From contig OX597815.1 in the NCBI GenBank assembly GCA_951406725.2, forward strand, positions 175,584,001 to 175,648,000: a stretch of DNA of 64,000 bases, written 5' to 3'. Shown here piece by piece: positions 25,860-37,435 of the stretch (the stretch's first letter is position 1; every line of letters begins with the position of its first letter). Below the pieces are notes generated by a model. It saw only the letters and a program-made list of their open reading frames with translations. It was not told where the DNA came from and did no database searches. This stretch comes from Octopus vulgaris. Lineage: Eukaryota. The translations under genes were made by a program, and so were the position numbers.

Positions 25860-27250
25860 TCTTAGGTGCATCTTCAACCGGATTGATCGCTAACTCCAAA
25901 AGTTTGTTTTTATTCTCTCTCTGTTTATTTCCTAATGTTCCTTTCTGTTGAAGAGCGTAGGCTCGAAACATAAAAGACTTCCTCACCTTCCTGAGCATCA
26001 AACTAATACACTTGCTTGTTGTTTATACACCTGTCTTCATCTTTAGTTTTTCTGTAAATTTCAACTCTACACACACACACATATTTATATATAATACTTT
26101 TGAGGTATTGCTACTGCGCCGGGATAGGTATGTTTTTTAGGGAATTTTTTTTCATATCAAAGATTCTTTAACACTTGTGTATTCCCCCCAAAAGCTATAT
26201 AGTGCACATGAGATCCAAAGATTCTCTGTATAAAACGACACTGCTATCTGGACCACAAACTCACCCCCACTTTCTCCACCTCCCCCTATCTTCTCTCATA
26301 CCTTTCTATATACTCTTAGTAATCTCCCTCTGCCACTGAACTAGACACTTTACCTCCCTCAAATAATTGCCATTCCTTTTCTCTATCTCAATGTTCAATA
26401 ATTCTATAACTATTATCCCTAAACTTTGATGTCTAGACACAAACCCAGCACAATGGACTAACCTTCAAATACTATCTCTCCATCTCTACTACCACCTCCC
26501 TTAGTACTCTCATTATTAACCCTTCACTCTTCTTAAACTACATTCTCTCTTCTCACCATTCCTTGTCTGAATACTCCCCATAAGCCCACCGACCTTCCTT
26601 CTTTCCCCTCTAATATAGCTAACTCTCCACATTTAATCATTCCATCTTTGAACTTCTCTGCATTAAGATCTGAAATATAAGATCTCTCTGATGATGGAAG
26701 CTTGTCTCATCCCATGTTAATTACATTGATACGGCCACATATTGTAATGAACTAAATCTCCAAACATTATTATGGATTGCTGAGCCCCCAGAAATAGCTG
26801 TTGGATTTCTAACACCTTTCTTCCATCCCTTTAATTTTCTCTGTTGTTTGTACTCTGTGTAAGTCGGACCTCTTAATAGAGATATCTCTGTATTTATACT
26901 TGAAAATCTGAAAGTCTTCACCTTCTGCTTTCTCTCATGTTCTAAGTATACATATATACATATTTTGCATTTCTTACCCTAATTATTATATTTAATATAT
27001 TTGATGTCTCTAATTTGTTTATCTGCATAATTGCATATATATATATATATATATGTGACTGTGTGTGTACTGTTGGCGATTTTTTTACTTCGTCTTCCCT
27101 TCCTTGGATCTTTCCTTTTCCTATGTTTCTGACGAAGAGCTCTGCTTGAAATGTTAAATCCTCCTTCTTTCTTTCCTTTCCTGAGCGTCCAATAACACTA
27201 TACTTGTTCCACATCCCCGCATTGTTGTGTTTTCATGTTTGTATTAACTT
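25860..27250 (+). mobile_element. Cluster of Penelope-like terminal-repeat relics with degenerate minimal hammerheads
   Basis: CTGTTGAAgagcgtaggctcGAAA (25945), CTGATGAtgg...ccaGAAAtagctg (26688), CTGACGAAgagctctgcttGAAA (27129). Confidence 0.55.
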
Positions 27251-27287
27251 TATATATATATATATATTTGAACATTGAATTTTTTAG

Positions 27288-27420
27288 AATCCTGAAAGGA
27301 AGCAAATCAGTGTATCCGAAAATGCTCCAATTAAGACTTACGTGACTCAGATATCTGGCTGTGATAAAGATTTGTTTCCATACAACAAAATGGCTTATGT
27401 TTGGGCTGACCACAAAACTT
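27288..27420 (+). CDS. Cadherin-like gene exon 10
   Basis: tttag|AAT...ACTT|gtaaga; NPERKQISVSENAPIKTYVTQISGCDKDLFPYNKMAY; phase 0 to 1. Confidence 0.92.
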
Positions 27421-27684
27421 GTAAGATGTATTTTTAAAAATCCTCTTTCCACATTTCAATTAATGATGTGTTAATATTAATTCATTTAATTGCTATGATA
27501 TACCAGAGAACATATCTGTAGTGCTTGTAATCAAAACTTTATGTTAAATCAATTGGAAATTTTATATTTATAGAAAGCAAAATGCTCACAGAAAGAGAAA
27601 AAAACGAGCAGTTGTGAATGTGCGTGATATGTTCTGTTGTAGGTGCATGACGCTGTGGTTAGGGTTTACAGCTCATGATATTAA

Positions 27685-27908
27685 CCCTTTCGTTACCAAC
27701 CCAGCTGAAACCACTTCTGGCCCTGTAGTACAAATGTCTTGTTTTCATAAATTTTTAATTAAAATCTTCCACCAAATCTTAGTCACAATTTATGTTCCTA
27801 ACACTAGCTAAATGATAACTAAGTTATTTTACTAAATTCTTTGTCATATTTAAAGTAATTGAAAGAAACCTGACAGAGCATCTCAACTGAAATACAGTAA
27901 CGAAAGGG
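27685..27908. mobile_element. piggyBac-like MITE inserted in a SINE head
   Basis: ttaa|ccctttcgttac...gtaacgaaaggg|ttga; inverted sibling at 44369. Confidence 0.8.
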
Positions 27909-28589
27909 TTGAAGGTTGTGAGTTTGATTAGTGTTGGCATGTTGTGACCTTGAGCAAGAAACTTTATTTTATGCTGTTCCCATCCACTCAGCATGAGTTG
28001 CGCTTTTATTTCAAAGGGCCATCCATGTCACATTTGGTGTGTCACGTTGAATCTCTCTGAGAACTGCATTAAGGGTTTGTGGAGTGTTCAGCCACTTGCA
28101 TGTTAATTTCATGTCGTAACCAATGGAATGCAAGTGTTTGTCTTTTAAATATCTTCTACGGTACATCATTGCAATGAAAAGAAACCATATGAACACAATA
28201 TTTTTGTTTAACTTGTTCAACTAACATCATTTTCGCATCATCATGACTCTACTGCCCCCTACATCACCAGAACTGTCGTCACACTCTGCATCATGTCATT
28301 CACTATAACGAAGCTTCTCATTAACTGATCGTTATCCGAAAAAACTATTATTACTACTACTACTACTACTTTCTATCATATGTATAAGCCCTGAAGCTTT
28401 TAAGGGGAATAGGCTAGTTGATTACTTCGACTGCAGTGCGCAACTGGCACTTATTGACCCTGGGAGGAGGAAATATGAAATTGACCCCTGCAGAATTTGG
28501 ACTCAGAATGTGAAGACGGAAGAAATGGCATCAAGTATTTTGTCCGGTGGGCTGACGATTTTACCAGCTTACCACCTTATATAAAAATA

Positions 28590-29145
28590 GTGACAATAGC
28601 CCTGATGCAGTACCAGGCAGTGGCTCATGGCTTATGATCCTAACTGATTGGAAGTGTACATTGTTTGTCTTGGTATAAAAGATGGGCTACAGCAAATATT
28701 CTGCTCAATACCACCGTAACCAGTTGAGCATGTTTCTTGGTGGCTGACAATATGTGCATCTCTGATCATGAGCAGAAGTAGTGGGGGAGCATCATAGCCA
28801 TGTGTTGAGAAGAATTCTTTGGGGTTTGAGTAATTCATCTGTGGAAACAAGGGTGTTTTGTTCAACATACTTAAACAATCCTTATTCAGGGACCTTTTGA
28901 ATGGGATGGGCTACTCAACCTGAAGAAAATTCTAACTGGGCCCCCACCTGCAGGGTCATGCACTGTTTATCTTGATATGAAATAACTAAGTTATGCACAC
29001 ATGGTTATGATGCATGTGCCTGGTGCACCCTTATTAGACGGGTAGTCATGATGGGTATACTTGGTTTCGTATTTTTTACCCCAGTGTCACTTTGATGGCA
29101 TGCTCTGCTCTCTCACTCAATAATAATAATAATAATAATGATGAT
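28590..29145 (+). mobile_element. Unclassified retroposon-like segment ending in (AAT)n
   Basis: higher-GC block with sharp (aat)n tail; no coding similarity recognised. Confidence 0.35.
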
Positions 29146-30462
29146 GATGAGGATGATAATTTCTTGAATTTTCTATGAGAACAAAGGATAAGAAGGGCAA
29201 TCAAAAAGTCTGTGAAAAGCCAAATTAAAAATATTTGTCTACCATTTAGACAAGTATTTATGATATACGAATAAAGAAAAGTTGATGGGATCACCTGACA
29301 GGACTAATATTTGTGATGTAGTTGGTCTTTATATATTAGATATACTAAAACCCAAATTCCCATCCCACGACATTCATCTATACCAGTGGTTCCCAAACAG
29401 TGTAGCGTGCCTCGTAGAAGTGGCGGAAGAGAACAAGCAGGTGAGGCAGAATGATTGAAAGACAAACATTTAGAAACAGTTTAAAAAATTCTAAAATACT
29501 AAAAATAAATATGATTTCCAAATTTAAAATATTATTATGGATTACCTTTAATTTCATGCAAGAGTCCCAGTATAATTGTGACCGATTCTAACATTGTGAT
29601 GTTTTTGCATTATATCAGGTGTTAAGAATATAGTAACAAGGATCCACATATTGGAGGAGAAGGTTATCAATGATAATGTTCTGACTTCGAATCCAAAGTT
29701 ATCTCCTTTTAACCCTGTCTCTGGACCTTTGGTGAGGCACGAGCAAATTTTCATTCTGAAAATGTGGCCCAGAGAAAAATCCATCCTATGTTAACCTATA
29801 ATGATACTAAGTGTCCAGGTACCAAATTAATTCAGAAGACTCTTGAGGGCTGCAGACAGTGTCTGAGTTTCACAACTATAGTGCAGGACAAGGAGGACCA
29901 GAGACCATAAGACCAAAAACTGTCCTTCTGCTCAGATATCGGCAGCACCAAACACCCTTGTGCAAGGAGTCCACAACTGCACCAGTTCGTCCAAGACATT
30001 TTAGAACTTCACACTTGTAACCATAGAAATTTTTAATAGATGTTCAGTGAAAATGTCATACAGATGCTGCCCCAACATGAAAAATATTATTACATGCATG
30101 TCATCCCAAGCTACTACTTAGAATTGTAACTGTAGATACTCAGAAACTTGTCTACTCAACCAGGCATGCATGGTTTGCTCAGGCTTTGTTTAGCCAAAAG
30201 ATCTTATAGCTTTTTAGATCTAAGAACTCTACCAACCTACTGAGTTCTAGATCTGAAATGTAGACATATGGACAAGTCCCAGATGAACTTACATCATAGC
30301 AATAAACTCAAGAGAAGGCAGCAATGTCCATGGCCTTTGGGTTTAAATGCATAAAAGAATACACACACACACAAACACACATATATGTACATACTTACCT
30401 ACATATATGTGTATATGTTTTATGTATGTATATTTAAAACTTTGAATGATTGTATTTTCCAG

Positions 30463-30744
30463 GTAAAAATACCAACGTGAATGCTTTTCTTCTGGAGCCA
30501 CTGTCAGGAGTCATACTAACTAACGCTTCTTTAGATTATGAAGAAATTTCAAAGTATACCTTATGTGTGCGAGTAGTGCCAGAATCGGAAGCTAGTTCAG
30601 CCTCTTCTAGAATTGAGGCTGATCAAAGACAAACCAGGTCAACCTCTCCTAGAATCGAGGATGGTCAAATACAAGAAATAACGGTAAATGTACAAGATCA
30701 GAATGATAATGGTCCACAATTCGATGTAAAAAAAAGATTTGCAG
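30463..30744 (+). CDS. Cadherin-like gene exon 11 (EC repeat with inserted loop)
   Basis: tccag|GT...GCAG|gtgagt; AFLLEPLSGVILTNASLDYEE...ITVNVQDQNDNGPQF; phase 1 to 1. Confidence 0.95.
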
Positions 30745-30934
30745 GTGAGTAAAAACAACTATATTATTCATAAAAAGTTTGAGAGCTGAACAAAATGGCA
30801 GTCTTGGGTTCTGGGTTGATTTCTCACTCATTCGTATTGAGGCTGGTGTTCTAGCAGTTGAGAGATACTATATTTTAGACTCAGTCGCAACTCATAGTCG
30901 AAAATATTCGGAGTAATGAATTATTAATTTTCAT

Positions 30935-31291
30935 AGGCGTAAGAGTGGCTGTGTGGTAAGTAGCTTGCTTACGAACCACATGGTTCCAGGTTCAGTCCCA
31001 CTGCATGGCACATTGGGCAAGTGTCTACCAAAGCCTTGTGAGTGGATTTGGTAGACGGAAACTGAAAGAAGCCCATCGTATATATGTATGTGTGTCTGTG
31101 TTTGTCCCCACAACATCGCTTGACAACCGATGCTGGTGTGTTTACGTCCCCGTAACTTAGCAGTTCGGCAAAAGAGACCGATAGAATAAGTACTAGGCTT
31201 ACAAAGAATAAGTCCTGGGGTCAATTTGCTCAACTAAAGGCGGTGCTCTAGCATGGCCACAGTCACATGACTGAAACAAGTAAAAGAGTAA
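30935..31291 (+). mobile_element. SINE family 2 (tRNA head, CORE-like segment), near full length
   Basis: ggcgtaagagtggctgtgtggtaag, ggttcagtccc, cattgggcaagtgtct, tail ggcggtgctctagcatggccacagtcacatgactgaaac. Confidence 0.88.
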
Positions 31292-32049
31292 TATCTAATT
31301 TGTCTTCTTAATTGATCGTTGTACAAAGCCAGAGCAACTGACTGTAATAGTGCAGTTGTATCTTTTACTTTTATTTGTTCTAACATTAGACTGTGGTAAT
31401 TCTGTGGCACCACTTTGGAGAAGTTCAGTCGAATGAATTGGCCCCCAAGGCTTATTTCTTAAGCTTTGTACTTTAGCTATAGCTTTCTTTTTTGTTGAAC
31501 TGCTAAACGATGGGAACGTAAACACACCAAAGCAAATTGTCGAGTGGTAGTGGGAGATAAACAGACACAAAGACACACCCCCACACACGTCTACTTAAAC
31601 CCAGGTTACGTCTGCTCTGGTAATTGGCGATGGCTTGGTCATTATCAGTAATCGATGGCAAAATGAGCTGCTATGGACCGCACTGTCCTAAAGTGTGTAT
31701 TCATGTGACCAGGGACCACATGTGGACTTGTATTCCCATTGAAACTCCGAACATGAACTCCACACTTCAATAACAAATGACGACTACAGCTATGGTGTCC
31801 ATGCTGTTCGACGTGCTGGGATCTCCCAATGGAGCATTTGTAAAATTTACAAACTGGGTTATTTTATTCTACCTGCTGGGACGTCAGAGCCGACCGTTGG
31901 ATGTGGTCAGCATTTGTGAAGGACGTGGTGAACTCATTGGTCAGAACCTGCTCAATCCAGCCCGAGTGAATACCGCCTTCATTACAAGTGGCACACACAC
32001 ACTCACGCAGGCAGAGTTTACTTTTCTGTTAAGGTAATATCATCAAAAA

Positions 32050-32470
32050 AGGTACTTCATCTGGTGAGAGATGAATATTGCTTAATGTACTCAATACATA
32101 GTTATGGGTTAAGAAGATATGTGGTAAGCATCACGACTTTTGAAGTTGCCTTCACATAACCCGATGTAATTCTTCTTTTCAAAAGTTGCTAACCACCTAC
32201 CCTCTTTCCAGTTTATGCACAAGCAGAAAGCCATTAAGTCGGTTAGCCATGTATGGGATTTGAAGACCAACCACACACCACCACAATCAAGTGGAAAAAA
32301 ATCATTGAAAAGTCGATGCCAGATGTTAATTGATAACAAATAATGCAAATTATGTGTGGCTGATAGATCACATCTCCTTTTTGAATCTAGTTCTACTACA
32401 ATGCTGAATTTCAGATTGGAAATGTTGAGCAAATACAAACATACAGACAAGTTTCTTTTGGAGAATTGGA
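32050..32470 (+). mobile_element. Penelope-like (Naiad-type) endonuclease C-terminus, decayed
   Basis: SHVWDLK, IKWK-IIEKS, CKLCVAD...MLNFRLEMLSKYKHTDKFLLENW. Confidence 0.7.
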
Positions 32471-32833
32471 GAACACCACCACCCTCCCCAAACCGAGCGG
32501 CTCTATCACAGACTTTAGACCTCTTCTGTTGATTCTACACCACATAGACTTACGACTCTATGATCAAAGGGGACATAACTCTAATTCTTCTTTGTTTTTT
32601 CATTGTTCCTTTCTTTTCACCATTCCACTTTCTGAACACACCTTCATCTTGTTTTTCTCTCGTGATTTCTCTTGCTCTATTGTCCTGATTTGTAACTTGT
32701 ATAGGCCATGTGCCTAGAGGCACATGAAGATTACTTAGAAATACCAGGCATGTTTTAAAACCTGCCTAAATATATCTTCAATATATTTTAATAGGTTATA
32801 ACTACATACTGTGTACATTAAACTATATATACA

Positions 32834-33302
32834 CAGAGGTTGGACAAAATAACAGAAACACCTTAAAATTTCAAACAAATTAATTTTAATATGGGGTAGG
32901 ACTGCCTTTGGCAGTAATTACAGCTTGAATTCTATGAGGTATGGACTTGTACAAAATTTGAATTGTTTCCAAAGGAATTTTTGTCCATACTTCAGCTAAA
33001 ACAGTCTCCAGTTCTTGTAGTGATGATGGTGAAGGATACTTCGGCTGTTTTCATTACATTAGCGCCTGCCATACAAACACCAACAATTTGACCTCTTTGA
33101 AAGTCTGATAGATCTGTCGTTTTAATGAATTTTAATTACCTTTTTCTGATGATATCTGAAAAGAAACAATAATTTTAGTAAAACATCTTATGTAACACTA
33201 ATAATAAATAAAAAAACATAAAAATAAACAAGCTTTTGACGGTTTAATATGTATTTCAAAATTCATGATGCTAGGTGTTTCCATTATTTTGTTCAACCCG
33301 TG
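32834..33302 (-). mobile_element. Internally deleted Tc1-like element
   Basis: TIRs cagaggttggacaaaataacagaaacacct / aggtgtttccattattttgttcaacccgtg; residual SSLQELETVLAEVWTKIPLETIQ..RIQAVITAKGSPTPY. Confidence 0.85.
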
Positions 33303-33550
33303 TGTGTGTGTATGCATGTATGTATGTATATGTATACACACACACACACATATACATACACAACAGGCTTCTTTTAGTTTCTCTCCACCAAATCCACTCG
33401 CAAGACATTACTTTTTATTGAGAACAAATCTTTCCAGAATGTTAGCCAGGCTTCATAATATGAAAGATAAGAAAGGAAGGAAATATACTGATGAGGATTA
33501 TAAAAGAAATTATACTTTGAATAGAATATTTGTTTTTATTTCACTCACAG

Positions 33551-33840
33551 TGATCTACGATAAATCCGAGACTGGTAACGAAGTTGCCAAAGTGACTGGC
33601 ACGGACCCTGATAGCTTCCTTTATAACAAGGTGAAATATACTATTGAGAATATCAAATGCAATATCCCTCAGACAGACATATTATTTTCAACCGAAAATG
33701 CTTTTGTAATTTCTCGTAATGATGGACGAATATTCACAAACCTACCAGACTACAAGAAATTTGTTGGCAGTCATTTCATCGTCACTATACGCGGAGAAGA
33801 TGCGCTGAATTCAAATTATTACAGTATGATAACGTTTAAG
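33551..33840 (+). CDS. Cadherin-like gene exon 12 (last EC repeat)
   Basis: cacag|TG...AAG|gtaaga; VAKVTGTDPDSFLYNKVKY...AFVISRNDGRIFTN...VTIRGED; phase 1 to 0. Confidence 0.93.
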
Positions 33841-34249
33841 GTAAGAAATCTCTATCTATCTGTCTACCTACCTATCTCTTTACCTACCTACCTACCTGCC
33901 TATCTATCTCTTTACCTACCTACCTGCCTATCTATCCATCTGTCTGTCTTTCTGCAAAATAATTCCTTCTTCATTAGGCATAAGGTCTGGTGTCTGAGGA
34001 GGTGGCCATTGCATCGACCCCAGTACTCAACTGGTACTTTGTTTTATCGACCTCAAAAGGCTGAAAGGCAACGTAGTCTTCAGTTGAATTTGAATTTAAA
34101 ATGTAAAGCCAGAAGAAATGCCGCTGAGCATTTTATCCGATGCAGTAGTGACTTTGTCAGTTTGCCATATTTCAACTACGAAATGTTGAAATTGAAAGGA
34201 TAACCTATAACGGTAAATGTGGAAGGTATCCAACCCTCAATCTTTTTCC

Positions 34250-34740
34250 TGATACATCGGATGCTCCGGTAACACATTCAAACAACGCTTCTCCAACCCC
34301 AGATCCTTTTTTAGGATACCGGAAAGGAGATGTGCTGTATCATTAGCCAGCCATAGATGGCAGCTGAAGGATGAAGGAATTCCACATGTAATATCGTGGA
34401 GAATCTTAGAAATCCAGGCCTCTACATGAACGGGACCAAGCGCTGTAAACTGTGCATAGCCGAATGGGTAAGGATATTAAAAGACTCCCTTGACCCGGGG
34501 AATAACCTTCACTCTAGAATAGAAGTCTTTGAACCCTGTTTGCAGTTAAGGGAATTCTTGCTGGTGTCATGGTACCCACATGATAACAGAGTCCATTACG
34601 AAAAACAGCTGAAGGGAGACTATCCTTTCTTCCTCCATTTTCTAGAGAGGCCACTTGCTACAGAGGCCATGTGCCAACAGGTTTTGGGGTCTGATGATAA
34701 AGCTAAGCCCTTTATGGATGCAAAACCTAGGGTAATCCCA
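34250..34740 (+). mobile_element. Penelope-like (Naiad-type) 3' fragment with degenerate hammerhead
   Basis: GTKRCKLCIAE...LHSRIEVFEPCLQLREFLL; ggggtCTGATGA...aaaacctagggTAatccc. Confidence 0.65.
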
Positions 34741-34829
34741 TAGACCAGCTATATCTTTCTGTATGTAATATATATGTTCAAGGGGTAGTGGAGGACAAGC
34801 ACAAACACATACATATAGGCACACACATA

Positions 34830-35968
34830 CGAGGGGTGTCTGAAAAGTCTTGAGCCTCAAAAAAATAAAACATTGTACAAGACTTCTGATGATTTATTTT
34901 TCAACATAGTCCCCTTTGATGGCTGAACATTTTCTCCAGCGGTGCTGAAGTGCCATTATCTCGGCGTAGAGGAACTCCTTTGTTTGAGACTCTAAGAAAC
35001 TTCCTACAGTGTCTATGATGTCATTGTCAGTGGCAAAATGGTGACCAGCCAGAGCTTTTTTCATTTTTGGGAATAGATGAAAATCAGAGGGGCTAAGTCT
35101 GGCGAATAAGGCAGATGGGGAACAAGTTCGTATCCACAATCATGAATTGTTGCCATGGCAGCCACTGAGGTGTGGGCTGGAGTATTGTCATGATGAAAAA
35201 GGACTCCTCTGGTGAGCATTCCTGGCATTTTTTCTTTGATTACTTCTCAGAGGCATTTCAGTAGCTGTGAATAATACAACCATGTCACAGTGTGATCCTT
35301 TTCAAGGTAATTGATCAGCAAGACACTGAGAATCCCCCAAAATGGACGCCATGACCTTGCCAGCTGAAGGAATGACCCTGGCCTTCTTTGGGGTAGGAGA
35401 AGATGTGTGCTTCCACTGCCTTGATTGTTCTTTGGTTTCAGGCTGGTAGTGATGAACCCAACTTTCGTTCGTAGTAATGAAATGAGCAAGAAAATTCTCT
35501 TCATTGGCTTCAAACAGTTCCAGATTGCTTGTGGACAAAGTGCACCTGGTGCGTTTCTATTCAGGAGTCAAAAGGCGAGGGACCCACTTTGCAGAAACCT
35601 TTCAGAACCCAAGTTATTTTGTCACAATGTTGTCTGCTCTTTCATTCGAGATGCCCAGTCTCTAAGCTATCTCGCGACATGATATTCGACGATCTTGCAT
35701 TATCATACCAAGAGCAAGGTCAATGTTGTCCTTGGTGGTTGCAGTTGGAGGCCTCCCTGGTGTGGGATCATCTTCCACACTCTCCCTGCCACACTGGAAT
35801 TCATTTACCCAGCGTTTGACTGTTGCATATGAAGGAGCCTTGTCTGTCAAGGTTCTTACCATATCTTCATGGATTTCTGATGGAGTCATGCCTTTTAAAT
35901 GAAGGTACTTTATGACAGCATGATACTCAGTTTCTAGGTTAGGTTCAAAACTTTTCATACACCCCTCG
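34830..35968 (-). mobile_element. mariner (irritans-like) element with both TIRs and TA duplication; transposase pseudogene
   Basis: TA|cgaggggtgtctgaaaagtcttgagcct ... aggttcaaaacttttcatacacccctcg|TA; WVPRLL, TNESWVHHY, HHDNTPAH, SPSDFHLFP. Confidence 0.95.
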
Positions 35969-35974
35969 TACATA

Positions 35975-36142
35975 TTTATATATTTTTGATGGGCTTCTTC
36001 CAGTTTCTGTCTAACAAATCGACTCACAAGATTTTGGTTGGCCAGAAGCTATAGCAGAAGACACTTGTCCAAGGTACCATTCAGTGGGACTGGATCCGGA
36101 ACCATGTGGTTGGGAAGCAAGCATCTTACCACGGAGCCACAC
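35975..36142 (-). mobile_element. SINE family 2 head, interrupted by the mariner
   Basis: gggcttcttccagtttctgtct...gaagacacttgtccaagg...ggaaccatgtggtt. Confidence 0.75.
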
Positions 36143-36183
36143 TTTTTGTGCCTATGTTGAGTTTCCTTTCGTCTTTTTCTCAG

Positions 36184-36272
36184 ATCTACGTGATCCAACC
36201 ACGCCAGCAAACCAGATTGAACTTACCCGACAAGTTAGATGTAAGTCAACCGAAGAGCGCAGAACTGATTGC
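36184..36272 (+). CDS. Cadherin-like gene exon 13 (start of membrane-adjacent domain)
   Basis: ctcag|ATC...GC|gtaagt; IYVIQPRQQTRLNLPDKLDVSQPKSAELIA; phase 0 to 2, the only donor that keeps frame with exon 14. Confidence 0.85.
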
Positions 36273-36549
36273 GTAAGTTATAATTTTTGTTCCTCTCACT
36301 TTTTTAATGTTAGAATCTTATTCAAAGTAAAATAAGTGTAAACAGGAAAGTAAGAGAGAATGTCTAGCTGTAGCCATTATGCATTTAAAAAAAAACTTCA
36401 TACCTAAACATCTAACTTCTAAGTTTACTGGTTATCAACTGAAGACAGAAACAATCTGTTAAACACCCCTGAAATATTCTTATATTAGTGTATATACCTT
36501 TCCTATATTGCTCACATGCATTTTGTTGGCCTTCAAGCTCAGATAAATA

Positions 36550-36880
36550 TACATACGTATATATATGTATTGAGTCGACACAAAGGTGGAACTGCCATTT
36601 TCCTGCATGATACCTTTTTGGCAGATGGAAATATGACATTCTCCAATGGCTTCTGTGATTCGGTCACCATTCACAACAAAACCAATGACCTGATAGTTGT
36701 TGGGCTGTAGAGGCCACCTCAAACCCCCGTACTGTGCTTTAATGAATGCCTCAACAGCATTAAGTGCTTTATACAACACTGTCATCCCAACAACATAATA
36801 ATGATGGGAGATTTTAATCTACCTTGTGCCGATTGGTCTACAAACAGTTTGAAACCAGGAACTCCCACCTCAACTGTTGA
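36550..36880 (+). mobile_element. CR1-like APE endonuclease fragment
   Basis: RHKGGTAIFL, FSNGFCDSV, IMMGDFNLP. Confidence 0.65.
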
Positions 36881-36957
36881 CAAAAGAAACAGAAGAGTCA
36901 CATCTCAACTTGATGAATGTATCTAATATAAATTGTTTTCGGGAACTTTTCTTTCAG

Positions 36958-37041
36958 TGAGCTCAACCGACTGGGAATCGGAACATTTGTGATCAAAGAA
37001 TTAAGCTATCATCAAAAGCTTAACCAAGAAGACTATTACAG
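36958..37041 (+). CDS. Cadherin-like gene exon 14 (membrane-adjacent domain)
   Basis: ttcag|T...AG|gtaagt; ELNRLGIGTFVIKELSYHQKLNQEDYY; phase 2 to 2. Confidence 0.85.
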
Positions 37042-37141
37042 GTAAGTGAAATACTTATTGCACAACATAATTCTTCAGGTGTGTTTAATTAAAGTAGATC
37101 TAAAACCATAAGAGAGGATACAGGTAATGAAATGAAGGTTA

Positions 37142-37435
37142 TCGTTATATATAAAATTGAAGTTGTGTGTGTGAGACTGTCTCCTCCGATTTAGATTTCT
37201 AACTACTCCCGCATTTTGCGGTGCAGTTTAACCAAAAGCGGGTATCTTATAGTCGTCATTCATATCGAGCCCTTCTGGGTATTAGCACGCATCTACGACG
37301 AGTCTACGATTTAAAAAAAATTTACCATCATTTTTCTGCATTTTTAATGATTTTTGCTCGGGTTATATAAGGGAAGTAACTCTCTAAAAATGCTTATATA
37401 GTTATTTTCCTTACAAACCCGAGCAATACTGCTAG
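37142..37435 (+). mobile_element. Non-autonomous Helitron
   Basis: A|TC...tatatataaaa 5' end, ...cccgagcaatactgCTAG|T 3' end; termini shared with 62288-62686. Confidence 0.7.

Noticed and set aside
29385-29560. hAT-like terminus cagtggttcccaaac
   Set aside because: Only one end seen, with no matching TIR or TSD
33265-34203. 312-aa ORF as a single-exon gene
   Set aside because: Only 33551-33840 is exon; the rest is read-through of repeats and SINE
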